Origin: Fistulifera solaris
Taxonomy: Eukaryota
Direction of reading: 5' to 3'
DNA length: 64,000 bases
Assembly (NCBI GenBank): GCA_030295235.1
Contig: AP026133.1
Coordinates: 496,001 to 560,000, forward strand
Below are positions 10,198 through 21,129 of this stretch, piece by piece (positions within the stretch are counted from its first letter, which is position 1; each line of letters begins with the position of its first letter). The notes under the pieces are model-generated. The model did no database searches, was not told where the DNA came from, and saw only the letters and a list, made by a program, of their open reading frames with translations. A program made the position numbers and the translations under genes.

Positions 10198-13100
10198 TTA
10201 GATGATGTTGAAAACCTTCTTCAGTTTCACCACTAATCGCCAATCCTCATTTTCAAGAGCGTCTTTGAAGTTCTCTTTTAGAGCATCAATGGAGGCGCGC
10301 GTCAATGTGGAATACAACATATGTGAAGCGTCAAATTGCCTTCCGTAAGTTATGTTCGGATTGCCCTCGTTCACAATTCTCACCGCCACAGAGGTTCCCT
10401 TTCGAGCGGTTTGTTGTTCGCGTCCATTACTTTCAATCGACGTAACTTTACCAACATGCAAGCCGCCGAGAGCAGGCACACAAAGAGGCGTACCAAGTTT
10501 GAGGATACCTTCTACGACCTCAACGCCAACGATGATCGGATCCTTTTGATTGAAAATATGTTGTGGCAAAATCTTAATAATGCTAGGGAAAACAGCCACG
10601 GCCGCTGCTTCTTCCTGCCGACGCTGCTTCAGCTCGTCCATAAAACGTGTAAATTGATCAAATAAATGATAAATAATGTCTGCCGTCATGATTCGAACAT
10701 TCATTTCTTGGGCGTATTCTCTAGCCTCTCTTTCGACGTCAACATCAAAAGCAAGAACCGTCGCATATTCGGGATGTCCTTTTTCATTCATGATTGAAAT
10801 CTTCGTGATGTCGCGTTTGTGGATGGTACCAATGCCGATGGCACTTACTGGAATCGGCGGTTTTGTGTCTTCGCGAAGAAATTGAAGCAAAGCTTCCAAC
10901 GCTCCCAATGTGGACGCTTGTACGAGAACCCCAGCTTTTTCTGTGCTAAGCTTTCCTTTGAGCTTGGTTAGATCAGACATAACTTCGGCTTTGATGTCTT
11001 CTTCTTCGTCGTCTGGACCCACAACCATGACAGGAGTACCAGCCATTACCTTATCAAGATTATTACCAATTACTTTTACTCCCAAAGCACCTTTGACTGA
11101 TTTGTGGTGAATGTATTCAGACTTGATGCGCATCTCTCTACTGGGTGGAGGCGTCAGCAGACCGCGAATTTCGGTGACAATAGGGCCATCTAGCGTGCAA
11201 AAGACGGCTCTATCACCTTCTTTCAAATGTCCATTCACGACGAGAACATCAACTGTCATTCCTAAGCCATCGATGGCTTTTACTTCAAGGACTGTGCATT
11301 GAAGGTTTGCATGCCACATCAACTTTTCTTCGAGCTTCTTTTGCGCCATCTGACACAACAGAAGCAACACGTCTTGGACTCCTTCACCAGTAACAGCAGA
11401 AGTAGGGACAAGAGGAATAAAATCTGAATTCGACCAATCATCGTCACCCATTTCCCAGTACAAATTGGAGTTTACTCCTTGCTCCTGCAACTGAACTTTG
11501 GCATCGGTAGCTCGACTGCGGAACTCCATGAGCGTTCCTTCATCCTGTCCTTTTAATGCCTCTCGAATAGGAGTATCTTTGGCCGTCTTCCAGCCATAAC
11601 ATCGATCTACCTTGTTTAAAGCAACCACAAACGGAACGCCTCTCTTCCGAAGCATTGTCAAACTCTCGATCGTTTGTTGTTCAAGACCGTGCATTAGATC
11701 TACAACAAGGATGGCAACATCACATAGCGAAGAGCCGCGAGATCGCAAGTTCGTGAAAGATTCGTGCCCGGGTGTATCAATGACAAGCATACCGGGTACT
11801 TTAAGCTCGACCTTCTCTGTGGCGTTCAAGCGAGCCGTCTGCGTCTCCAGTGTTTTCTTCTCGAAATAGGTTGCTCCAATCTGCTGAGTAATACCACCGG
11901 CTTCACCTTCTTGAACATTCGTTTTTCGAATTTTGTCTAGCAATTTTGTTTTTCCCGTGTCGACGTGCCCCATGATAACAACGATGGGACAGCGCAAATC
12001 GTCTGGCGAACGAGCTTCGAGATTGCGCTTCTCCATTTCAATTCGTTTACGCTTACCCTCCTCACGCTTTTGAGCTGCCAGTGCTTCCTGACGATTGAGC
12101 TCTTCCTGTTCTGCTTGCAACTGTGCTCTCTTTTCCGATTCAATGCGTTCGCGCTCGGCTCTTTCAATACCGAGCTGCTTGAGTCGCTCTTGTTCTTTCT
12201 TCTTTTCTAACTCCATGAGATCAAGATCTTCGTTCTCTACATCCACCTTTTGTAGCCTAGCAGCAAGATCATCGAATTTATCGTCCTCATCATCGCTGAC
12301 ATCCCAATCGTCGCCTGAATCATCTTCAGCATCGTTTTTCTCGTCATCATCGCCTTTCACCTCTTCTTGTTTTTCTTCTACAGCATCCGCTGCGGCTTCC
12401 CAGTCATCTTCATCGTCAGCTTTTTCCATTTTTTTCTTCGGAAGGCTTTTCCACTGTTTCTTGTTGTTGAACTTTGGCCGGACCTTTTTTCTTCTTGCTA
12501 TCGTAAACGACTTTTTGCTTCACCGCTTCTTGATTGGGAAGCATTCCAGCGGCTTTCATGGCCTCTAGTCGTTGTTCGACTAGCTTTTGCTTCGCCTTTT
12601 GCGCCTTAGTCATGTATGTTCCCTCTTTCTTTTGCTTGTCAATCTTTTCCTGTTTCTTTTGTTTTCTTCTCTGACGCTCCTCTTCTCTCAAACGCTCTTC
12701 TTCCGCCTCTCTGGCCTCGATTTCTGCAATACGACGTCGCTCTGCTTCTTCCGCCTCTCTTATTCGTTCTTCTTCCTCTCGTTGCTTGCGAAGCTTTTCC
12801 TGAATGAGTTTACCTCGCGCCGAAATCTGAAGCAAAATATTTTGTAAGACAATGCTCTCCAATGAACGCCATCTGCAACGCATAAAACTTACCTTCTCTT
12901 CTTTCGGCTCGGCTGCTCCAGCGGGTTTCTTCTTCTTTTTCTTTTTTTTGTTCTTACCTCCTTCTTCACCATCTTCCGTGTCAAGGAGACCTTGTGCGGC
13001 CAGAAAGGCAGCAGCCGCATCCATCACCGGCGGTTTTTCGGGCGCTTCATTCTTCGCTTCTACAGCCGTTTCCTCTACTTTCTCGATCTTTTGTTCGGTC

Positions 13101-13201
13101 TGATTGACTTGAGCTTCCGCTTCCAAAATGGCATCCCAATCATCGTCTTCTGCCGGCTGGTTGGCCTTGCCTGCTCCTTTCTTCTTATTAGCTTTGACCA
13201 T
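10198..13201 (-). CDS. EIF5B: Eukaryotic translation initiation factor 5B
   Basis: GTPase motifs GHVDTGKT, GGITQQIGA, DTPGHESF, NKVD and charged N-terminus. Intron 12827-12892; frameshift in a T run near 12430. Confidence 0.97.
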
Positions 13202-13610
13202 GTTATCGCGATCTAAGTCTATTTATTGACTTCTTCTGTATTTACTTGATAGATAAAAGCGTTTTAGTCTCTAGGAATAGTCGTTTGCGTGTCAACGAGA
13301 CGAACTAGTCGCGTTCAACATGAATGAGCGGGCTTGAGTCGCAATCTCCTCGATTTTTGTGGACGAGAAAAGAGCAGAACGGCTGCATGATTTTTTTGCG
13401 GACGAGGTGCTCTAAGTCATGTGCGATCGGGACTCGCGTCACTAATAATGTGCATCATCAAGAACGTCCAACCTAGTGACGAAGTAAAGCTTTAGCAAGG
13501 CTAATCAAAGCGTTTTCTTATCTAATTCTGTTAATAAGTCAAAAGAAGAATGCTTACATTCGCGCACACAAGAAGAAACGATGTAAATGTTTTCTGTTAT
13601 TTTTGTACCT

Positions 13611-14490
13611 TTACAGTTCGTCCTTGCCGGCATTTACCTTCGCGTTCAAAATATTGTCGTACCCTTCTTTCACGGCCTCCTTCCACTTTTTAGGATCTTT
13701 AACAATATCTTTCATCTCTTGCGAGTCAAAAGCATCTTTCAGCAAGGGATCATCGTTGAATCCACCCGCTAGGAGCTTCAAACGCGCCTCTTCAATCTGG
13801 TCATCCGTCATGTCGCCCATCATTTCGGCAAGTCCAGCAAACACACTTTCAGGATTCTTCATAAGTTCGGCAACATTTTGCATAGCGTCTGTCGCATATT
13901 TCAGATACTCGGGGTTGGTAAATACTTGTTGCATTTCCTCAAATGATTCTCTCATTTTCAACTCAAAATAAGCGTTGTCTGTCTTATAACGAGCCAACTC
14001 CTCCGGTGGCACCGCTCCGGATGCTTCTAGATTTTTAATGACGTCGTCTTTGTTCTTGAGAACTTCCGTAAGCATGTCTCCTTCTGACAACATTTTCATG
14101 GCTTCGGCCATTTGCGCCTGTAGCTCTTCCGGAGTCATTTTCGACAATTGCTCCATCGCCTGCTCATACTGCTTCAATGTTTCTGGATCATTAAAAGCTT
14201 CGGCGAGCATTTGAGCCATGTCATCAGCATCGGCGCCCGCAGTGGCTTGCGCGGCTCGGTTTTGCAGGTCTTGAAACTTGGTCCCCTCTTGTTGCCGACG
14301 ATTTCCTCCGACACCGAATTGAGCACATACGGGCTGAAAGAAACAGTGTCAGATTGTATTCAGAATGTGTTGCATGAAGCGCTTAGGGGATGTTGAAAGA
14401 AAAAATACATCCACTTGAGCTGCCATCGGAACTTACCGAGAGGAGAAACAAAGCCGAAAGGCCAGCAAAATGCACTAATCTTGTCCACAT
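13611..14490 (-). CDS. ER-lumenal helical protein (STI1-like M/Q-rich repeats) with signal peptide and KDEL
   Basis: MWTRLVHFAGLSALFLLSVSS signal at 14490; probable intron ~14336-14412; C-terminus AGKDEL*. Confidence 0.75.
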
Positions 14491-14806
14491 CCTTACTACT
14501 ACGCAATTTATTTCAAGCGGATTAAGTCTTCCTTTTGTATTACAGCAATTCGACTTTATAGAATGCTTATACTCTATCAATCAAGTGATATGATGACAAC
14601 ACGGAATCGAAGTCGAACATTACAAGCACAAGTAATTCAAACCCGTCCAAACGAAAAAGGTTTGAGTTCCGCGTGGCGATCGCAATCACGCACAACGCTG
14701 TGTCGCGGTCTTAGTGGGAATGAATTTATCGGAGCGCCAGGTGGACAGACGTCCTTTGTCTTTTAGCGCGGTCTCAGCGCGGTCGACGTCATGATTAAAA
14801 CGCCTC

Positions 14807-14920
14807 CAGAAAATCTGGGTGAGTGGTGTTTTTGACTTCCTCAGAAAATCTGAGCGTATGTTGTTTTCAGGTTCACAGAAAATCTGGGGAGAGTGGTGTT
14901 TTCACGTCCCCAAAAAATCC
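14807..14920. repeat. Degenerate ~35-bp tandem repeat in divergent promoter (copy set 1)
   Basis: Units start at 14807, 14842, 14876 and 14911; consensus CAGAAAATCTGGG-n-GTGGTGTTTTCACGT. Confidence 0.8.
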
Positions 14921-15057
14921 GTGCAAGTTTCGCGATGACTGACTTGTCGCGATTGATGAAAGATGAGCTTTTTTTTTCGTCATCGCATTTTGATTGGGAA
15001 CAATATCATGAAGGAGCACCACCACCATCCCAGCAAATCAATGACACGTTCCTGAAC

Positions 15058-15936
15058 ATGAAGGCATGGATTTCGTTGTGTCTCTTTTGAACTTTTCCAA
15101 TGGATTTCTCCACTTCGAACAAATCCGACGCCGTCATATACGGTTCCATACCGCTGATCTGGGCCAGAGCAATGAAACAAATCCTCCGTCATTACAAGAG
15201 GTGCAAGAAAGGAAGCGGCTGAAGCTAAAGCGCGAATTGAAGGATTTAGGCGAACAATCGGATCGAGGGTTTCGAGCGACGTTGAAAGAACAAAACGAGG
15301 TACGACAATTGATTTTTCAATTGGCTGCCCTTAATCCGACACCAGCACCAGCAGAAGCTTATTTTTCTACAACGGATGCGACTAACACCGGTGTTGCGTC
15401 GGCACGAGGAAAATGGACGCTCATTTTTACCGATGCTCCTGATATAACGAGTTTAAAGAGTCCCTTCAATACTTTGGCAGAACTTGGTCGCATTGGCCAA
15501 GAATGTGAACCTCCAACAATAACCAAAGTCATTGAGTGGAAGGCTCCGGATTGGGTTTTACAGAGCCCTTTTGTTCTCGACCTGTGGAAAGGACGCATTG
15601 ACGGCGGTGAACCACGCATTCTGCAAAGGTAGTCACCGACGCCAGTGCGTCACCTCAAGCCCCTCCAAAGTTTTCCTTAAACTCTCGGGCTTTAAAATTG
15701 AAGGACCTCCCGTGAAAGGATTACGTGACGCGTCAGACTTGTCTGGATTTATATCGGAGAATGGTGTCGTTGCTGGAGGGCTTCAACGCTTCCCGATTAA
15801 TTTACAAGGGCCACTGTCGGCGCCCTTTGGTGAATTCGAGATACTTTACTTGGACGAGGAAATGAGAATAACAAGAACGGGGCAAAATTACTACGCTGTT
15901 AACCTAAGAGATAGCCCAGTTACGGAATGGTTTTAG
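15058..15936 (+). CDS. Plastid lipid-associated protein / fibrillin (PAP_fibrillin)
   Basis: DRGFRAT..Q..EV..LI.QLAALNPT, GKWTLIFTDAPDI, GEFEILYLDEEMRITRTGQ. Frameshifts near 15085 and ~15630. Confidence 0.85.
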
Positions 15937-16362
15937 TTGGGAGGAAAGGCGGCTGGCCCAAGCAGTCGCAATGTCAAAAAGCGACCGCGTTCCTCTGGAG
16001 CGCAGTGACTGCAACAATCGCAACATCGAATCAATTACGAGAAGGAAGGCAATTGCCTCGACCTTTATAGGAATAATTTTTGTCCTGGTCCTAGAATTCA
16101 GAGAGAGCGAAAGCTCGAGAGGAAGAAATTTCTAGTATTAAATATTATGAATGTTGTTCATCAGAACAAAGACGCACCGGTATCTTTCGCCATCTATTCC
16201 TGTGATGGTAAGACATGAATGTTCACACCTTTTTTACTTAGATCTATACTGTTGGCAGGGACAACACCTCATGATGACGTCATGAATACAACGCCTCCGC
16301 TGCGCAGCCAACATGCATGTCCATCGCAAAAATTCATCGCGTTGAAGCGAACGATTGTGACC

Positions 16363-16765
16363 ATGGTCTCTTTCGCAGCAATCGGGGCTTTTACCCGCCG
16401 TCGTCTAGCAAATGCTGTGACACGACACACACAGAAACGTAACATGTCGTTGGGTCACCCCCTCCGCCGCCCCCGGGAGGCTGGACTGGCATTGACAAGA
16501 TTGTGCGAGACCGTCTGCCGTACGACTACCAGAGTACGTAGAGATTGTACCAGCGGTCCAGAGTCATGCATTTCACATTCATTCTTATCATTTGCTTTTT
16601 TCTTTCTCTCTTACTTGGTTCCGAATATTACTATCGTATCAGTTGCCGCCGCTATCCTTGGTACCTACACTACTTTGATTGTTTTGTGGAGAGTCAAGGC
16701 TGCCATTTCGAAAAAAGCCCAAGGAGGAAGCACCCGAGGTTTCGGAGGAAGCCGTCACCGCTTAA
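16363..16765 (+). CDS. Small single-TM, probably mitochondrial protein
   Basis: Arg-rich presequence (..QKRNMS), then PPPGGWTGIDKIVRDRLPYDYQ, intron 16534-16642, TM AAAILGTYTTLIVLW and a short acidic tail; two 1-bp frameshifts. Confidence 0.6.
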
Positions 16766-17117
16766 ACGTTGACTTAGTTGATCAAAGGAAGCCAGTTAAG
16801 CTGGAATAAACTATAGGATTTTTAGTCAACACTTTGCACATCCGAAATTGTCTTTCGATAAGGGCGGACAGAGCAATTCAAATTTGAATGAAACATTTTT
16901 CAACAATATCTTGTATTTTATTTGTTCGACCGGTTGTTGAAAAATTATTATTACATCGTTGTTAAACTTCGCTAAACTAATTGTGTGGCCACTACTAGAT
17001 GTCAACCTTAGCCAAAAACGAACACAGGGCCGAAACTGAGGATCTTTGAACTTGAACTATATGAGGCCACCATCCTCTCTAAACATGCTCTCATGTTTCG
17101 TCCAAGAATAACAGTAT

Positions 17118-17789
17118 TTAAATAGCACCATCGTCATTACTGAAGTCAAAATCAGCGCGAGGCTGACTTATTGGGGCAACAACTGGTTTGAGGACGCGGC
17201 AAAAATCGGACACCGCCATTCCTAACTTCAATTGAACGTGTCCTCCACCCATCCAAATAAACTTCTGCGATGCTGCAGCCTCGGCTAAAATAATGAGGAC
17301 ATGGTTTGGGTCAGCTATACCAAAGGGGGTGACGGAATTGTGTTTGTAGCCGGTCAAACGATCGTTATCATTTTGACTCGCTATTCTGAAATCGAAGCTA
17401 TTATCCTCCAGTCGGTCTTTCACAGGACGCAACGCTCGGATTGCATTCGCCAGCAACTTGTTGTCCAAACTGGCTGCGTACGGCAAAACAACCAGTACAT
17501 GTTTCGGATAGGTTGGATCGAATTGGGCAGAATCTGGTGCTTTCTTGTTGTCCAGAAGCAAGCTCTTGCATAAGTTGTGCACACTCGTTGCACCCAGGCA
17601 CTCGGCTCGTTTGGAGAGGGGCCAAGCATAATACGGTTCAGGAACAAATTTCCAGCAGGCCGAATAAATGGCAGCATCCTCAACTGCCAGGCGGGCTCGA
17701 CGCATCGCTTCATCGACCTTTTCTTGGCTACCATGATGTCGCACTTCTAGAGCCTCGACTCGTTTCTCCAGTTCTGCTAAATCGGCCAT
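17118..17789 (-). CDS. YbaK/prolyl-tRNA-editing (aminoacyl-tRNA deacylase) domain protein
   Basis: LCKSLLLDN, RLTGYKHNSVTPFG, FIWMGGGHVQLKLG. Confidence 0.85.
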   Translation of the reverse strand: MADLAELEKRVEALEVRHHGSQEKVDEAMRRARLAVEDAAIYSACWKFVPEPYYAWPLSKRAECLGATSVHNLCKSLLLDNKKAPDSAQFDPTYPKHVLVVLPYAASLDNKLLANAIRALRPVKDRLEDNSFDFRIASQNDNDRLTGYKHNSVTPFGIADPNHVLIILAEAAASQKFIWMGGGHVQLKLGMAVSDFCRVLKPVVAPISQPRADFDFSNDDGAI

Positions 17790-17979
17790 TATAACGGTTG
17801 TAATCACAAAAATTGCAAACGTGGGTATGGTTTGTTTGAACCGATACAACAACTTATGAACGCAGTGGAATGATACCGAGGTAGCCCCCGACACTGATCT
17901 TACGCAAAAAAAAAAATTCTCGGGTCCGAAAGCGACAAATTTGATAAAGAAAGACATAGTCCGATGGTGATTAACCTTA

Positions 17980-18160
17980 CAGTAAAATCTGGGCGAGCGG
18001 TGATTTCACGTGTCCAGATTCCTGTTTTGTCCAGATAATCGGGGGCATGCGGTGTTTTCACGTCTCAAGATAATCTGGGAGTCTAATGTGTAATGTATGG
18101 GAGGCAGATGAAATAATACTGTTTGATGTGGCTTTTCTTCGTTCCTCACAGAAAATCGGA
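17980..18160. repeat. Same ~35-bp degenerate repeat family in a second divergent promoter (copy set 2)
   Basis: cagtaaaatctgggcgagcggtgatttcacgt (17980), cagataatcgggggcatgcggtgttttcacgt (18032), aagataatctggg (18067), cagaaaatcgg (18149). Confidence 0.7.
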
Positions 18161-18420
18161 TGATACTTTTTGTGGCAGACATAAACTCTGTCTGTAAGGG
18201 GTGTGGTGCGGTTTTCGCACGACAAACTTTTTCAATCCTTCCCAGGCAAACTTTCTGCTTTATACGAACAACGAGTAAAGATCTATGATCATGAAGAAGG
18301 ATGAGCAATGCTCGAGCAAAGATCAGCCAAGGAGCGTGCTTTGCACCGCCTTTCGCTCATAATTTTGATGGTTAAGAAGCTTGTTTCCGTTGCTTTTGCT
18401 GAACTCACTATCTTTTCACC

Positions 18421-19113
18421 ATGAAGGTCTCCGGATATTATTATCGTATGTTCGTCAGTATGACACTCTTCGCTGGCAATGCCAGAGCCCAAGATATTCT
18501 TTGCGCTGAAGGCTACATTATGGATGATTTGTGCGTCCAACGCGGAACATTGTTGGACCCTGCCGGTACTCCGACTTTCGTCAATCCTGCCGTGCACACA
18601 GTGCACTGTTTGATTGATGTTGATGCATGCCGCGAGAGTGGCTTCCATATCCTTCAGGATCCCACATCCGAAGGTGGGGAATACTCGATTGCTTACACGT
18701 TCACAGATGATGCCAACGCGATGCTCATTGACTTGATGAAAGCCGAAGGGAGTTGCACCAACGGATGCACAGGAAGTGCCGTCGACAACTTTCGTATCGG
18801 TGTGAAAGGGGCAACTCAAGAAGTGGAAGGTGTAATCAAATTTGAAGCCACCGAAAGTGCGTATATTTCTGCTGGTGCGATAGGCACTTACTGCGAGGTG
18901 GGAACACCTGAAGAAAGTCCCGTGACATCGGCGCCCGTAGCAACAACCCCTGTCGAGAATCCCGTGACATCGACGCCTGCAGTAACCCCTGTTGAGAATC
19001 CTGTTGCATCAGAGCCCGCAGAGTCTCCCGTTGCAAGCCCTGTTAGCTCGGGAACTCTCACCCATGAACGGATCGCGGCCATGATCTTTGCACTTGTCGC
19101 GGCCGTGATGTAA
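18421..19113 (+). CDS. Secreted, probably GPI-anchored Cys/His-domain protein with Pro/Thr/Ser stalk
   Basis: Signal peptide; CAEGYIMDDLCVQRGTLLD...HTVHCLIDVDAC domain; (E[SN]PV[TA]S.P) repeats at ~18910-19045; hydrophobic C-terminus. Confidence 0.75.
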   Translation: MKVSGYYYRMFVSMTLFAGNARAQDILCAEGYIMDDLCVQRGTLLDPAGTPTFVNPAVHTVHCLIDVDACRESGFHILQDPTSEGGEYSIAYTFTDDANAMLIDLMKAEGSCTNGCTGSAVDNFRIGVKGATQEVEGVIKFEATESAYISAGAIGTYCEVGTPEESPVTSAPVATTPVENPVTSTPAVTPVENPVASEPAESPVASPVSSGTLTHERIAAMIFALVAAVM

Positions 19114-19407
19114 ACTTTTGTGGCAGGTGACTATATATTGGTAATACATGATATCATTTTACACTGTTTTTATGTTGATTATAGTCAAGCTTATACTTTA
19201 GGGACCTACTTTCAGTCACGCTCTCGCACGACTACTGTAAGTTACTCTGCACAAAGATGAAGACGAATGATTCAATTTACGATGAGCATGAATTATAGAA
19301 TAAAAGCATAAACTGTTCTTGCTTGGTTGTTGCCAAAACCGAACGGTGAACTGAGGCTGTGAAACCTTGGTACATGAAGAGGAAATTCAATTTCATAAAC
19401 TGCCAAA

Positions 19408-21091
19408 ATGGCCGCAGAAGTCATCATTGCCATCGACATTGGAAGCAGCAGCATACGATGCTCTGCATACAATGAACTCAACATCATGGCGTCATCCTTT
19501 AAGACTACCAGCTCTGTTAAAGCCGTCTCTGGAAAAATTAGTATTCAATCCACCGGTGCGTTAGGGAAGACTCTGCTGGATCTGGTAGAGGAATGCTTAG
19601 ATGAAACACTTGAGAAATTGGATAACATGGATGAGACCGTGCAGGTTGTTGCCGTTGGATTTGCATGCTTTGTCATGAACTTGATAGGAACTGATAAAAA
19701 TGGCAATATCATCGGATCAGAGGCGACCATGAGTTACGCCTGCAGCTCAGATGAAGTGGCAAACGAAGTTGACGCTTTGAGAAGGTAATATTGACCGGGG
19801 ACTTTCATTTGCTATTGTTCTGTTTGTTATTATTCTAAGTATGGCTACGTCGAATTTTTCAAGGGAGCTAGGAGAACATAAAGCACTCGAGCTCTACAAA
19901 CGAACGGGTGCACCGCTACACTCCGCTTACGCGATGGCACAACTCCGGGCCTTCTATAGGTCCAATTCAGATTGTGTATCAAAAGTCATCAAGTGGAAAT
20001 CAATATGCAGTCTACTACTGGATCGATGGACGGCTAGAGACGATACTCCAATATCCTATTCGGAGGCTAGTTGGTGCGGACTTATCAATTATGGAACGTG
20101 CGAATACGATGATCTGGTTATGGACTTACTTCCTGATGCTTGCCGAAACGCTCTGCCAAAACTGGCAGACTTCGATCAAGTGTCAATTCTTAGCGAAGGA
20201 ATATCACAACAGACTTCTTACTGGAAGCGTTGGCCGTTATTACGTGGATCGAGACTGTTTCTAGGACTCGGAGATGGTGCTTGTGCCAACATTGGTAGTA
20301 AATGCACGGTTCCTATGCACGGTTGGAACATCAGCTGCAGCTCGCGTTTGTCTGCCCTGTCCCATTGGGCTGTCCGGAAGTCTCAACTTTAGAGCTGGGC
20401 TTTTTGCTACAGAATCGATCGTTCACATATACTTCTTGGTGGTGCTTTGAATGACGGCGGAAATGCGATTGAATGGATTCGGCAACTCCTGAATTTGCAG
20501 ACTGATGAGAGTTTTGATGAATGCTTGAAAGCGGTCTCCTTGCTGACGGAGAATGACTGTAATACGGGCTCATCGATAGTGACCCCCACATTACTACCTT
20601 TCTTGAGCGGAGAAAGGAGCACTGGTTTCCGTACAAGGGCAACTGGTGCGATGATTGATCTCACGCGTGACACCACCCCAGCGCACATGCTCAAAAGTGT
20701 TCTCGAAGGTGTCACCTTACGTTTAAACGCGATTGTGGCGCGGATATGCCAAACTTCTAAGTCTCTTCATCAAAATACGGCATCTCTATTAGTTGTCAGT
20801 GGTAAAGCACTGGAAGTCAATGACATATGGCGTCAAATGATAGCGAATTGTTCCGGGATCAAGGTTGTTTTTGACAAGGCCACTCAAGAAGGAACCAGCC
20901 GCGGCGTCGCAGTTCTTATTACGAGAGCAATACAGCAGAGTAGAGATAGAGATGCGAGATTTTATCTTCCGGAAGAGACCATTTCTAACGCGATGATCGA
21001 AGAACCCATCGATGCTTTGAGATGGTATTGGAAACAAAAATCCAACCGACAAGAGCAACTGTTACATTCTTTAACAGACATGTACGATTAA
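19408..21091 (+). CDS. FGGY-family carbohydrate kinase (gluconokinase/xylulokinase-like)
   Basis: IAIDIGSSSIRC, TGAPLHSAY, GLGDGACANIG, PFLSGERSTG, SVLEGV, EGTSRGVA. Intron 19785-19863; frameshifts ~20310-20400. Confidence 0.88.
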
Positions 21092-21129
21092 CAGAATAAC
21101 TTCGATCATTTACATTGTAGAAGTTCTAT

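Noticed and set aside
12416..12440. Programmed ribosomal frameshifting in eIF5B and other genes
   Set aside because: Indels are scattered across many unrelated genes at homopolymers; sequencing error is more parsimonious.
10336..13216. Numerous plus-strand ORFs antisense to eIF5B (likewise antisense to CDC48, DDX41 and the peptidase)
   Set aside because: Shadow ORFs of real genes, with no recognisable motifs.
14807..14920. CRISPR-like appearance of regularly spaced repeats
   Set aside because: Units are degenerate and directly adjacent, with no distinct spacers, no cas genes and a eukaryotic context.
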